A stretch of DNA of 64,000 bases from Candidatus Altiarchaeota archaeon (GCA_043800255.1 JAZDNF010000013.1:128001-192000), one strand, 5' to 3'. Shown: positions 1-10,260, counted from the first letter of the stretch. Notes: generated by a model not told the origin, from the sequence alone. Program-made: numbers and translations.

Positions 1-266
1 GATTTTGACCACCATAGGAGAGAGTTATTTTTAACGCTTAATTCTCCAACATAGTTGATATATTTCTGGCGCAGAATGTTGGCAGTTTCCTGTATTTTTT
101 CCGAAATATCGATTCTCTGACCGTTATTTCCAATCGATTTTTGGAGAAACAATGCCTTCACCACATCTTCCCCAAGATAAGCCCACCGGAATTGTCTTCC
201 ATGAGTATGTTCTAGTGCCCTGTATACGCTTTTCTCCAAAGGCGGGCAGATTATAACCTGCATCAT
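1..266 (-). CDS. Partial ORF running off the left edge; putative surface carbohydrate biosynthesis protein
   Basis: Read by hand: ATGATG at 266-261, open to the edge (MMQVIICPPLEK...LRQKYINYVGELSVKNNSLLWWSK). Starts 4 nt after the aldolase stop, same operon. Confidence 0.6.
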   Translation of the reverse strand, partial: MMQVIICPPLEKSVYRALEHTHGRQFRWAYLGEDVVKALFLQKSIGNNGQRIDISEKIQETANILRQKYINYVGELSVKNNSLLWWSK

Positions 267-270
267 CAGT

Positions 271-1047
271 TCAATCAGATAGTTTCTTGAATTCCTTGAC
301 TACGTCCTTAAATTCGTAGTATAGAACTGCACAGTCTACGAAGTAGGTAATGAATTGGAACCCAAGATCTCTTAGGAGCCGTATCTCTTCAAGGTTATGG
401 GCAAGTGACCCGACCGCAATACCCTTGCTATGGATTTTTTTGGCATTTTTTTTCATGAATTCCAAGACTCGGAGGTCGTTCACCTTGCCGGGCTTTCCAA
501 CAGCCTGTGATAGGTCGTACTGTCCGATGTAGATGACATCAATGTGTTTCTCATCTATTATTTTATCGATGTTCTTCATACCCTCGACTCCTTCAACAAT
601 GAGAACCGTCATAGTCTCCTCATTTTCATTTGCAGCATGAGACTCAATGTTGTCTCGAGAGTAACCACCAGTCCGCGTATACGGTGTGAATCCGCGCTTT
701 CCTATGGGAGCATATTTTGCATTGGATATCGCATGTTTTGCATCTTCTGCATTCTCTATATGTGGGATGACGACGCCATGAGCTCCGATGTCTAAGGCAC
801 TTAGTATCGTTGCTTCATCATTTTTGGCAACTCGTATGATTGGAGTGCAATTCCGTGCCTCTGCCGCCCTTACGCAGTTTTCTGCAGTTTCTGTGCTGAA
901 TGGCCCGTGTTCCATGTCAATGATGACAAAATCAAGACCAGCAGCACTGATAACCTCAACTGCGGTGGGAGAGGGGATGGTACACCATGTTCCCAAGACC
1001 AAGTCACCTTTTTTCAGTCTTTTTTTCAACAGATTTGTTTTGTTCAT
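271..1047 (-). CDS. HpcH/HpaI family class II pyruvate aldolase
   Basis: GLDFVIIDMEHG, ALDIGAHGVVIPH, YAPIGKRG and IYIGQYDLS motifs. Confidence 0.9.
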   Translation of the reverse strand: MNKTNLLKKRLKKGDLVLGTWCTIPSPTAVEVISAAGLDFVIIDMEHGPFSTETAENCVRAAEARNCTPIIRVAKNDEATILSALDIGAHGVVIPHIENAEDAKHAISNAKYAPIGKRGFTPYTRTGGYSRDNIESHAANENEETMTVLIVEGVEGMKNIDKIIDEKHIDVIYIGQYDLSQAVGKPGKVNDLRVLEFMKKNAKKIHSKGIAVGSLAHNLEEIRLLRDLGFQFITYFVDCAVLYYEFKDVVKEFKKLSD

Positions 1048-1055
1048 GTTTCGGA

Positions 1056-1811
1056 TTATGTTATTTTAATTTTGGAGATATCCTTTATAACATACGCGGT
1101 AATTCTTCTCAGCTCTCTTTCAGGGGTTAGACCGCTGCCTACGCCAATTGAAGCCCTTATTTCAGAGTTTAATCCCATTTTCACGTCTGTTATAGCATCT
1201 CCAACCATAACGGTCTTTGATTTGGGTATCCCAAGCTCTTTGACGATGAGGTTAATCATGTCTGGAGCGGGTTTTCCGTTTTTCACACTATCCGCACCGA
1301 CAATATAATCTATCTTCTTTGACAGCATTAGGTGATCCATTATCAATTTGGCTCGGTCCAATTTATCTGTAGTGGCGATGGCTATCTTGCATGAGCTAGT
1401 ATTCAACGCCGTGAACAGGTCATAAAGCCCGTCTAATGGTTTCACTAATTCGTCCAATTTATCATATGAAATCCTGTCAACTTCATTGAATACTCTAAAA
1501 CAGAGGTCATGTGTATTTTGATGTCCGATGTTTGAAAGATAATCAACGGCGGCCTGCATCACAACTTCCCTCTTTTTCAGACCGACTGGACCCTCTGACC
1601 TTATCCTTCTGTTTTTTTCATCTATCCCCATCGCATACATAAGCTCTTTTTTGTGTTTTGAATTTATTCCCAACCGCTCACAAATAAGTTCAGCGCGATA
1701 TCTCACCATCTGAGACCAGTAAGTGTAAACATCAATCAAAGTCCCATCTCTATCGAATATCATGAGCCCAACACCTTCTATTTTTTTACCATCTATACCC
1801 AAATCAACCAT
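1056..1811 (-). CDS. HAD-superfamily phosphatase (Gph-like)
   Basis: Motif I FDRDGTL, IATT, GKPAPD, MVGDAITD. Confidence 0.9.
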   Translation of the reverse strand: MVDLGIDGKKIEGVGLMIFDRDGTLIDVYTYWSQMVRYRAELICERLGINSKHKKELMYAMGIDEKNRRIRSEGPVGLKKREVVMQAAVDYLSNIGHQNTHDLCFRVFNEVDRISYDKLDELVKPLDGLYDLFTALNTSSCKIAIATTDKLDRAKLIMDHLMLSKKIDYIVGADSVKNGKPAPDMINLIVKELGIPKSKTVMVGDAITDVKMGLNSEIRASIGVGSGLTPERELRRITAYVIKDISKIKIT

Positions 1812-1838
1812 GATATTACCTTGTGTGGATAATTTATT

Positions 1839-3215
1839 TCAAAAGTTTTTCTTTATTTTCCTCAAAATATTTGTAACGATACTATTTTCTCCGAATAGTG
1901 CAATTATCCTCTTTTTTATTATCCTCTTGTTTATTTTGTAAGGATATATAAGAATTTCCCAATTTTCATAATAATATCTAAGTTTTTCTTTATACTTTTC
2001 GGGATAGTTTAAAACAGTATCTCTTCTCTCATTTGAAAAATCCTCGTACATTTTTTGATTAACTAAACCCTTTGAGAAAGAGTAATCACCAAGCACGGTC
2101 CCTTTGTAGGGGTAATATATACTCACGCCGCTATCTGTTGGTCTAATTTTTCTATTTAATTTTATAGTATCCCCTAGCATATCCTCGGTTTCACCGGGAA
2201 CTCCAATTATATTAAAAGCACAAGTCTCAATTCCATATTTTCGACAAAGACTGAATACCATAATAATTTGTTCATTAGAGATATTACGGTTCATTATTGT
2301 ATTTCGGACATACTCATTCCCAGATTCTATTCCAAATAAAATTCGATAACACCTTGCTGCTTTGAGTAATTTTATAAATTCTTCATCAACCACGTTTGGT
2401 CGCAATAAACATATAAATTTGATATTAATCTCTCTTTTATATTTCTCACAAAATTCTTTTCCCCATTTTTTGTCTAAACCAAACGTGTCGTCTAAAAACC
2501 AAACTGTATCGAATTTATATTTTTCAAGTGCATCTTTAATTTCATTGATACATGAGTCTACAGACCGATACCTAAGCGTATTATGCGACATCCCATAACG
2601 TTTAGCAAGAGCATGATTACTACAATAGGAACATAGATAGGGGCAGCCCCTTGAAAACAAAAATGGTGCATATCCGTTTATTTCTATAAATTCCTCGAAC
2701 AAAGAATCTTTTATCGGATAGGGTAGAATATCAAGGTGTCGAATTAGGGGAGTAAGTGTGTTTATAATAACTCTACCGTATTTTCTATATGCAAAGTTAT
2801 TTGTATCTCTGTAATCCTTGCCTTCATTGATTTTATCTAAGAAATCGCTGAACGCCAACTCTGATTCGCCAACGAAAATGCCATCGATATCCGTAGTTTC
2901 CAACAAGGCATCAGGATATAATGTCACATGGACCCCCCCCACGACAATAATTATTTTTTCATTAACATCTTTTATCAGTTTTGCCAATTTTTTAACACAA
3001 TTATATTGAGATGAAACCGAAGTAAACCCAACAACTGTTGGATTAAAAGAATTTACCTCTTCAATCAATTTATTAAATTCATTTTCTTCGCGTATTGATA
3101 GAATTTTGACATTATATCCCTTGTTTTTAATATAACTGGCAATGCTACTAATGCCAAAAGAATAGGGCACTTCATGAAACCCACTAATATTTGTAATGAC
3201 AAGTAAAACATTCAT
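1839..3215 (-). CDS. Cobalamin-binding radical SAM protein (class B methyltransferase-like)
   Basis: N-terminal B12-binding domain (VVGGVHVT, GESE), SRGCPYLCSYC, DDTF, GIESG, IIGVPGET. Confidence 0.9.
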   Translation of the reverse strand: MNVLLVITNISGFHEVPYSFGISSIASYIKNKGYNVKILSIREENEFNKLIEEVNSFNPTVVGFTSVSSQYNCVKKLAKLIKDVNEKIIIVVGGVHVTLYPDALLETTDIDGIFVGESELAFSDFLDKINEGKDYRDTNNFAYRKYGRVIINTLTPLIRHLDILPYPIKDSLFEEFIEINGYAPFLFSRGCPYLCSYCSNHALAKRYGMSHNTLRYRSVDSCINEIKDALEKYKFDTVWFLDDTFGLDKKWGKEFCEKYKREINIKFICLLRPNVVDEEFIKLLKAARCYRILFGIESGNEYVRNTIMNRNISNEQIIMVFSLCRKYGIETCAFNIIGVPGETEDMLGDTIKLNRKIRPTDSGVSIYYPYKGTVLGDYSFSKGLVNQKMYEDFSNERRDTVLNYPEKYKEKLRYYYENWEILIYPYKINKRIIKKRIIALFGENSIVTNILRKIKKNF

Positions 3216-3225
3216 TTTAAGCTTG

Positions 3226-4218
3226 TTATCTCATATTATCCAAAATCAATTTTTCAGCCGTTGAAACCGCCTTTTCAATAAGTTTTATATTACCCTGAAA
3301 ATCTTTCTTGCCAATGTGGTCCTTGATTATTTTTCTTGCAAATGTTCCGATTGCTACACCATTTATCTCAACACCGCATAATTTTGCGAGTTCCCCAGTC
3401 TTACTGTTCGTTCCGCCTGATGCAGTAACAAATACGGGTATTTTACTCTTCCGTATAATGTCTGCTATTGCGATTGTCTGCAATGTTGTGTTATAGTCAT
3501 CTTTTCCCCCGCTCATCGGGGCGCCATCTGCTTGTATTACGAGCCTGCTCCCGCTTATCTCATAAACCTCCTTTATCCTCCTGATTAGATGTGTGTCAGA
3601 CAGTTGGGATCTGTCGAGGCACATGCTTATAAAATTGTTGGGTATTAGGGAGTCTATGACCCCCCAGTCTGCCATAACCGCATTATCATCTGGAATAATG
3701 GCATGAAGCTCTAACGTTTCTGTCCCATTCGCTATGCATTCTGGGAGTATTCTGTCAAAATCAACTTTTCTATTGTAGAACTCTACAGCCTTCTGTCCGC
3801 ATACTCGCTCACAGGCTCCGCAGCCGATACACCTGATCTCTTGGATGATAAAATCGTTGTTTATTGCACCCTGCAGACACGCCTCCAAACACTTGCCGCA
3901 TTTTATACATATATTATATTTAATTCTTGCCTTGCGGACATGAGGATCACCTTTCAGGCCAACGCTTACGTTTATGAACGGCCTAATTTTGATTTTCCGT
4001 TTTAATTTTGGGGCGAGTTCCTCTGCCTTATCCAACGCCGTTACGGCACTCTTAACAACATCCACATTCGCTGAAATGTCAATTGCCGTAGCTCCGGCAA
4101 GTGCATAAACCAAGGTTAGCTTATACACCTCTGCTGGATCTTCGTTTCCCGCACCACAGACTACTTTAAAATATTTTCCCTTTTGGAAAATTCTTTTTAA
4201 TTCCTCGTATCTGCTCAT
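3226..4218 (-). CDS. LdpA-family Fe-S protein (2x[4Fe-4S] ferredoxin insert plus LdpA_C barrel)
   Basis: YFKVVCGAG...YALAGATAIDI, CIKCGKCLEAC and CIGCGACERVC, ELH, QADGAPMSG, SGGTN, GVAIGTFAR. Start placed at the ATGA overlap with the kdsB stop (4218). Confidence 0.8.
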   Translation of the reverse strand: MSRYEELKRIFQKGKYFKVVCGAGNEDPAEVYKLTLVYALAGATAIDISANVDVVKSAVTALDKAEELAPKLKRKIKIRPFINVSVGLKGDPHVRKARIKYNICIKCGKCLEACLQGAINNDFIIQEIRCIGCGACERVCGQKAVEFYNRKVDFDRILPECIANGTETLELHAIIPDDNAVMADWGVIDSLIPNNFISMCLDRSQLSDTHLIRRIKEVYEISGSRLVIQADGAPMSGGKDDYNTTLQTIAIADIIRKSKIPVFVTASGGTNSKTGELAKLCGVEINGVAIGTFARKIIKDHIGKKDFQGNIKLIEKAVSTAEKLILDNMR

Positions 4219-4967
4219 TTCACGTACTGCTGCCATATTTTGTCCTTCTTCATTAATCCCTTAACAATCTCCAACTCTTCGGGAGTGTCAACAGACTGCG
4301 TATCATGGTCCACTATGAATGCCTTCATCTTATAACCGTGTTCCAGAATCCTGAGATATTCTATGTATTCGATTTTTTCAAGTGGTGAGAGACCCCATCG
4401 CGCATATTTAATGAGAAAATCCTTCCTGAAGGAAACTAGGTTGTAAAGTTTGAGAAGTTTATCATGTTTTACCCTAGCCGTAGACGGTATATCCTCACGA
4501 GAGAAGTACAATATTTCATCGTTGAGGTTTACAACAACCTTGCACTCGTTGATATTGTTGAATTGATTTGTTCTACACAGCAATGTCGCTGCTTGTAGGC
4601 CTTCATCCTCGATTAATGGCCGCACGACCTTTGATATATCCTCAGGCATTACAAGCGGTTCGTCCCCCTGAACATTTACCACTATCTCACAGTCTATTTC
4701 TTTGACAGCTTCTGCAATCCGGTCAGACCCTGTTCTGTGCTCCTTTGAGGTCATTACAGCCTGCCCTCCGTGTTCCTCTATCACCTTACATATTTCTTTA
4801 GAATCGGTAGCCACATATACTAAATCAAGATCCTTACATAGTTTAGCTCGTTTCATGACATGGACTATCATAGGCAAACCGAGTATATCCTTCAGCGGCT
4901 TGCCGGGAAATCGACTTGACTCAAGTCTTGCAGGTATTACACATACGACCTTTTTATCCTGTATCAT
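4215..4967 (-). CDS. kdsB: 3-deoxy-manno-octulosonate cytidylyltransferase family (CMP-Kdo synthetase-like)
   Basis: IPARLESSRFPGKPL, HRTGSDRIAE, VNVQGDEP, LEKIEYIEYLRILEHG, SVDT. Confidence 0.9.
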   Translation of the reverse strand: MIQDKKVVCVIPARLESSRFPGKPLKDILGLPMIVHVMKRAKLCKDLDLVYVATDSKEICKVIEEHGGQAVMTSKEHRTGSDRIAEAVKEIDCEIVVNVQGDEPLVMPEDISKVVRPLIEDEGLQAATLLCRTNQFNNINECKVVVNLNDEILYFSREDIPSTARVKHDKLLKLYNLVSFRKDFLIKYARWGLSPLEKIEYIEYLRILEHGYKMKAFIVDHDTQSVDTPEELEIVKGLMKKDKIWQQYVK

Positions 4968-6664
4968 ATAACACCTCCAACATAATAGTTTTCAAACGAT
5001 GTGGGAGTTATTATCTTAAAGGGTTCCATCTTGGCCTTTATTTGGTACTGGTATAGTTTCTGTAAGTCTTCTTCCATCTTCTCCTGCAGCGTTGACTCGG
5101 TTTCCAATCTTGAAACATAATCTCCCTTGTAGAAATGTGCGGATTTCTTCTTGCTTTTGTAGCCATCCATTCCAGCGATATAGATGCTCTTAGCACCCAT
5201 CACAATTGCTAGAGGTATCATCAATATGACAACGGTTGCTGGCTCAGTGTATATCACCCCGCCTTTAATGTCGAAATCATCTTTTGATAGATATTGGATT
5301 GCCTCATAGTCCAGGTTAGGATTCAACTGCTTGACGTGCTCGTGCAGATAACTACCTATCATCAACTTTGAATGCTTGTCGACTGTTGAGATGTATTTTT
5401 TAAATCTCTCGAAGTCGTTGAATATGTGGTACGTCGGTATGAATTTCTTCCCTAGGTAATTAGAGCCGAGGACAATCGGATTTTTCTTTTTGATGAACTC
5501 CTTTATCTTTTCCTCATACTCATTCAATGATGGACCATTTGCGATTATAAGAAAATCCATCCCTTTGTGCCGGTTAACATACGGGGGCTCATCTATAGGG
5601 ACACTGATCTTTATTTTTGACAAATCAACAGGAACATCGGATCGCTTGTCTAAAATCACCGTCTTGTCGATGGCTTTCTGAAGAAGATCCTTGTCAAAAC
5701 CCACGGTAGTCATGTTCTTTAGAGTTGATAGTATTGAGAACACATCTCGCATAGAATATCCCCTTTTCATCAATTCTAAGGAGTATGTTGGGTGGCAGTT
5801 GCTGACGCCTGACAAGAGATAAGGTATGTCATAGCCCCAATGGATATCATATTTTACAATCTTGAGTTCCTTATCAATGAACTCCAGTAGGGGTATCAGA
5901 TCATATCTTTGACTATTAAACTCGTTCAGAAACAATAGGATGGTTTCTATTGGGAGGTTGCCTGCACCCCTTCCCATGCCGTTAATGGATGCATCAATAT
6001 ACTCTGTACCTGCTTCAACGGCAGCTATTGTATTTGCAAATGCTAACTGTAGATTGTTATGTGGGTGAAAGCCAATAACTTTCCCAGTTCCACTCTTGAA
6101 TATTTGAATTAGGTTACTGAGTTCATTTGGTAAAAGAGAGCCAAAACTGTCAGCCAAGTAGATTATGTCAGCGTTTGATGTTCGTATTTTATCAATCGCA
6201 TTTTCGATTTGATTTTGCGTATATTTTGTTATGCCCATTAGATTAAGTGTTACAACATATCCCTCATCAATCAGATCATCTGAGAGTACTATTGCTTCGT
6301 CTAACTCTGGTTGGTAGAAAGCTAACCGGATAATGTCTACTAGTGAGCTGCCTTTTTTTACAAAGTCGTCTTTTTTTATTTTTCCAATATCACCCATAAT
6401 CGAAATCTTTAGGTTTGACTTTTCAGATACTATAGAGTTGATAAACTCCTCAGGTGTGTGTCTCCATATCCCAGTATCCTCCATTACTCCTTTAGTGGTT
6501 CTGTATCCCAACTCCATGATATCTGTTCCAGAATGGGAGATCGCATCATATAGTTTCTTGACGAATGAGTAATCAAATCTCCATTTGTTCAGATGTCCAC
6601 CATCTCGTATAGAACAATCCAATACCTTAACTTTCTTGAATTTTTCGAAAGAATCTGTTTGCAT
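4964..6664 (-). CDS. HMGL-like (DRE-TIM) aldolase fused to a C-terminal DUF115/MAF-flag-like domain
   Basis: LDCSIRDGG, YLADSFG, GFHPHNN, GMGRGAGN; C-terminal IIANGPSL...GAKSIYIAGMDGY. Start placed at MQTDSF. Confidence 0.8.
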   Translation of the reverse strand: MQTDSFEKFKKVKVLDCSIRDGGHLNKWRFDYSFVKKLYDAISHSGTDIMELGYRTTKGVMEDTGIWRHTPEEFINSIVSEKSNLKISIMGDIGKIKKDDFVKKGSSLVDIIRLAFYQPELDEAIVLSDDLIDEGYVVTLNLMGITKYTQNQIENAIDKIRTSNADIIYLADSFGSLLPNELSNLIQIFKSGTGKVIGFHPHNNLQLAFANTIAAVEAGTEYIDASINGMGRGAGNLPIETILLFLNEFNSQRYDLIPLLEFIDKELKIVKYDIHWGYDIPYLLSGVSNCHPTYSLELMKRGYSMRDVFSILSTLKNMTTVGFDKDLLQKAIDKTVILDKRSDVPVDLSKIKISVPIDEPPYVNRHKGMDFLIIANGPSLNEYEEKIKEFIKKKNPIVLGSNYLGKKFIPTYHIFNDFERFKKYISTVDKHSKLMIGSYLHEHVKQLNPNLDYEAIQYLSKDDFDIKGGVIYTEPATVVILMIPLAIVMGAKSIYIAGMDGYKSKKKSAHFYKGDYVSRLETESTLQEKMEEDLQKLYQYQIKAKMEPFKIITPTSFENYYVGGVI

Positions 6665-6781
6665 AATTCTATCAGCTCTTGGGTATATTGTAGATATAGG
6701 TATAAACATAAAAAGTATCTTAAACCTAGCAGTCAACAAAAATGGATTAGTATATCACAATCCACAAATTACAAGTGCTTT

Positions 6782-8296
6782 CTAGTTACTTGAGATAGGT
6801 CGACCAAGTCTAGTCGCTTCTCTCCAGATGTTGACAATCTTCTCTTTTGGGAAATAGGTCAGATAAAACAATCTGATCACAATCATCCATACGATAATAT
6901 ATAGTATGAGTGAAACCCCGCTGTGGAAGAATACGTTCTGAATCTTGCTGGTGTAGGACATATTGACTAAGTATATAATGAAACTGATAGATGGAGGGAG
7001 TAGAATGCGCTGTATAAACCCGATAAATTCTTGCGTATTATAGAACATATAACGTCGAACTGCGTAGAATAGCGTTAGTGCGATAAGTCCTTGTACAGTG
7101 ATAGTTGCCACTGAAACGCCGAGTATTCCATAACCCATTTTGATAACAAGATAATCTAATATCACATTTAGAATCAATCCGGCTATCCAAATCTTGGTAT
7201 TGAGAGTCTGCTTGTTTACAACGGATGATGGGAGTATGACGCCTGGCACACATATAATTGCCATGAAGAAAATGCTGAATGTAAGTATATTAAAAACAGG
7301 TATACTTTCGATGAAGTTAGTTGTTACCAGATGAACTAACAAATAGAAACCTATCTGGCTGATGCCTATAGTCAATGCTGTTGCTATTGACAGATAAACT
7401 GCAATCTTTTGTAACGGTTTGAATCCTTCAATGTGATTTCTCGATTGCCCCAAGCCGGTCCATAGTATCGGCTGTAATACCCCTCCAAATTCAGAGAAAA
7501 ATAGGATAGCGTAGGAGACCATACCCAATGCATAGGAGTAAAGACCCATCTCATGTAGTGGTAGAAAGGCAGCAATCATCGTGCTGTCTGCCATACGATA
7601 ACCCCAATAGGCAATCGTTAACAGCGCCATAGGTATCCCAATTTTCATCAGTTTGACTGTCTCATTCCAGTTTATTTCAAAATGATAATTAATCCCACCT
7701 TTCTGTAGGTAGTATATGAACGCTAATATGGCACCTAATATAGGAGCTAGTAATACTGCGTAAATTTTCAGCCAGAATATTAGTGCTATTGTAACTACCG
7801 GCACGGTGATTCCTTTGATGAGATAGCCAGTTGCTACTTTGTTAAAGTTCTGCCTGGCATGGTTGAAAAGTGACCAGTTATCTGCGTTAGATGATATCAT
7901 ATAGGTCACTGCGGTTAGAATGAGGCCAATCTGGATTATTTTATTGGAATAGAAAAAAGAGGTGCCCAGGATAACAAGGAAGGGTAGAAATGTGTAAAGA
8001 AATTTGCTGGTTATTGAAACGTTTTGTATGTGTAACGCTTTTTCTTTTTCTCCCTTGCCTAACAGGTATGGCACCTCTCTCGAAGCAGCTGACTCTAATC
8101 CAGGGTTTATCAGACCAGCATAGGTAAGCCACAACCCGAGTAAACCGATAATACCGTATTCTTCTGGAACGAGGATCATCGCGACTATAATGCTCTTGGG
8201 TATGGATATGATTTTACAAAAAATGTTTACCGCATTAAATTTAAGAGACTGCCTCAGAACGCTTGATATAGTTACATTGTTTTTTGGTTCCATCAT
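6782..8296 (-). CDS. Oligosaccharide flippase (Wzx/RfbX, MOP family)
   Basis: About 14 hydrophobic segments, ILVPEEYGIIG, D..MIAAFL...MGLYS. Confidence 0.85.
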   Translation of the reverse strand: MMEPKNNVTISSVLRQSLKFNAVNIFCKIISIPKSIIVAMILVPEEYGIIGLLGLWLTYAGLINPGLESAASREVPYLLGKGEKEKALHIQNVSITSKFLYTFLPFLVILGTSFFYSNKIIQIGLILTAVTYMISSNADNWSLFNHARQNFNKVATGYLIKGITVPVVTIALIFWLKIYAVLLAPILGAILAFIYYLQKGGINYHFEINWNETVKLMKIGIPMALLTIAYWGYRMADSTMIAAFLPLHEMGLYSYALGMVSYAILFFSEFGGVLQPILWTGLGQSRNHIEGFKPLQKIAVYLSIATALTIGISQIGFYLLVHLVTTNFIESIPVFNILTFSIFFMAIICVPGVILPSSVVNKQTLNTKIWIAGLILNVILDYLVIKMGYGILGVSVATITVQGLIALTLFYAVRRYMFYNTQEFIGFIQRILLPPSISFIIYLVNMSYTSKIQNVFFHSGVSLILYIIVWMIVIRLFYLTYFPKEKIVNIWREATRLGRPISSN

Positions 8297-8301
8297 TTAT
8301 T

Positions 8302-10260
8302 TTACTCGTTTTTATTTATGATGTCTAGGAGAGCACTAGCCGCCCTGATATCGCTTTTACCGTCATCCAGATGGGTGCCATACATTTTTAAAAATTCTCG
8401 ATTTTTCAAGTCAACATGAGTGTCGAGTTTGCCATCATTCAAAAAGGTGTCTAAAGCCGTTGTGAATTCATTTAGGTTAGGATAACAATATGCGCGACGT
8501 TTTAACAAATCTTCTGCTTCTTTGTCGATATGAAGGTGTCCAGTATATACGAAAATAGGTTTTGTTGTAGTGAGCGCCTGTAGGAGTGTTGTTGAAGGGA
8601 AATCAGTAATTATTATGTCGGATACCGGGAATAGCTCTTGGAATAGGAATTCTGTCCGTATGAACATACAGTTATCATAACCTTGCTTGTCTGCGTATGA
8701 GCGTAGTGGTGTTTCCCGGAACATAAGATTTGGGTGAATTTTTATAAGCGAAAGATAATCTTTTTTCTTTGCAATAAGATCAAGAATTGACGTTTGGGTA
8801 TCCCACAAGCACCTATCGATTAATGGAGGACGCCAAGTCACGTACATATTATTTTGAAGAATGTTTGTTGTAACGTATAGGATAGCTTTCTTGTAATTTT
8901 TTTGCTGTGGATAGTGCCCTAATTCTTTTGAGATGTTTAGGTTCGAGAGTGAGTCCAATGTAGAAGAACCAATAGCCGTGATGACGGTAGCATAATGTTT
9001 AGCAACTTCTTCGTATTTTTTTAGTACTCCCTGCCCATAAACAAAAAGATAGTCTGGAGGTATTACGTCGTAATATACAACCATAGCAGCTTCATGATAC
9101 CCGCAAGAGCCATGCTGCCAACCAATAACCGGTATGCCTAAATTTTGCGATGCTGTTGAAATTGAATTTTCAATGCATGTTGAAAAACTACGGCCAAGAA
9201 CGGCTTGAATTCTTTTCTTCGTTATAGTTTTTACTGCCGTATTATGGACATTTAAGCACAGTGGCGCCAAATCTAGAACTAAAAATTTGAGCCTGTCTTT
9301 GACTATAGGGAAAAAGTTGATGTCATTCCATAAAAAAAATCTGGTAAATTCTGTGTCAGATTCCAATTCGTCCAATACGTTCCCCAAAGCGTGATAATCG
9401 GACGGTTTGAGAAGATTGTTATTAATCCAATATTGTAAATCGTTTTTGATTCTGAAAATCGGGCCTAATCCAGAAGATTGAAGTTGATCTTCAGAAACGT
9501 TCCAATCGTATCCATTTCCGACAATAAGAACTGGCAATTGCGTATCTGCCCCACGATGGCAGCTAAGATTATGTAATGCTAACTTTAGATTTCCTTTTCG
9601 AATGCCCTTAACGAAACTTAAAATACTCGGGTGACTTTCCAAGCAATTTAAAACTCCTTTTTTAATTTCCCTTGATAAGGATATGTTTTTGCGTTCTTCA
9701 AAAGAATTGGTTTTTGACTGATACATGATGCCCAATTTTTCGGTTTTAGTACTCCAATCGGTATCAAGGCCGAGAAGTTTTGAATAAACCGATTCGCAAT
9801 TGTTAAAAAGTAGGTATGGAGCATTTTCAGAAAAACCGAACGGGTATTCCTTAGTACCATAGAAGTAAAGGATATCCGGCGCCTCTCGTTCAATCAATTT
9901 TGATAATTGGAATAATCGCGTTGTTATTGCATCATACACTACCTTGAGGTAATAAAAATTGAAGGATGCAGGTTTTATCCTGAATTTTTTAAAATCTGGG
10001 AGAAAATTTTGAATTTTATTATCGATAATTTTTGAAAACTCTTCAACACGTTGATAATTTTTTAGACCTATTGCGTATAATTCATCTATATCGTAGTAAT
10101 CCTCAAGGGTGCCATAAGGTACCTTATGACTATCTAACTCGTAGACGGCGAATGGAGAAAGTGCTATAATCTCTGGATTACCCTTGAATTTTTCACTATG
10201 GGTTAGATAGTCATTGACTTGTATTTCATCCTCTAGTAATACAATTGATTTTTTATTCAT
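8302..10260 (-). CDS. Putative surface-carbohydrate transferase (GT-B-like, QHG and KxHP motifs)
   Basis: IPVIGWQHG, D.LFVYG, IKIHP, DIIITDFPSTTLLQAL resemble capsule/ulosonate transferase-like families. Confidence 0.55.
   Translation of the reverse strand: MNKKSIVLLEDEIQVNDYLTHSEKFKGNPEIIALSPFAVYELDSHKVPYGTLEDYYDIDELYAIGLKNYQRVEEFSKIIDNKIQNFLPDFKKFRIKPASFNFYYLKVVYDAITTRLFQLSKLIEREAPDILYFYGTKEYPFGFSENAPYLLFNNCESVYSKLLGLDTDWSTKTEKLGIMYQSKTNSFEERKNISLSREIKKGVLNCLESHPSILSFVKGIRKGNLKLALHNLSCHRGADTQLPVLIVGNGYDWNVSEDQLQSSGLGPIFRIKNDLQYWINNNLLKPSDYHALGNVLDELESDTEFTRFFLWNDINFFPIVKDRLKFLVLDLAPLCLNVHNTAVKTITKKRIQAVLGRSFSTCIENSISTASQNLGIPVIGWQHGSCGYHEAAMVVYYDVIPPDYLFVYGQGVLKKYEEVAKHYATVITAIGSSTLDSLSNLNISKELGHYPQQKNYKKAILYVTTNILQNNMYVTWRPPLIDRCLWDTQTSILDLIAKKKDYLSLIKIHPNLMFRETPLRSYADKQGYDNCMFIRTEFLFQELFPVSDIIITDFPSTTLLQALTTTKPIFVYTGHLHIDKEAEDLLKRRAYCYPNLNEFTTALDTFLNDGKLDTHVDLKNREFLKMYGTHLDDGKSDIRAASALLDIINKNE

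Noticed and set aside
3226-4218. Circadian clock system
   Set aside because: No kaiABC, sasA or cikA in the window; the context is entirely sugar metabolism.
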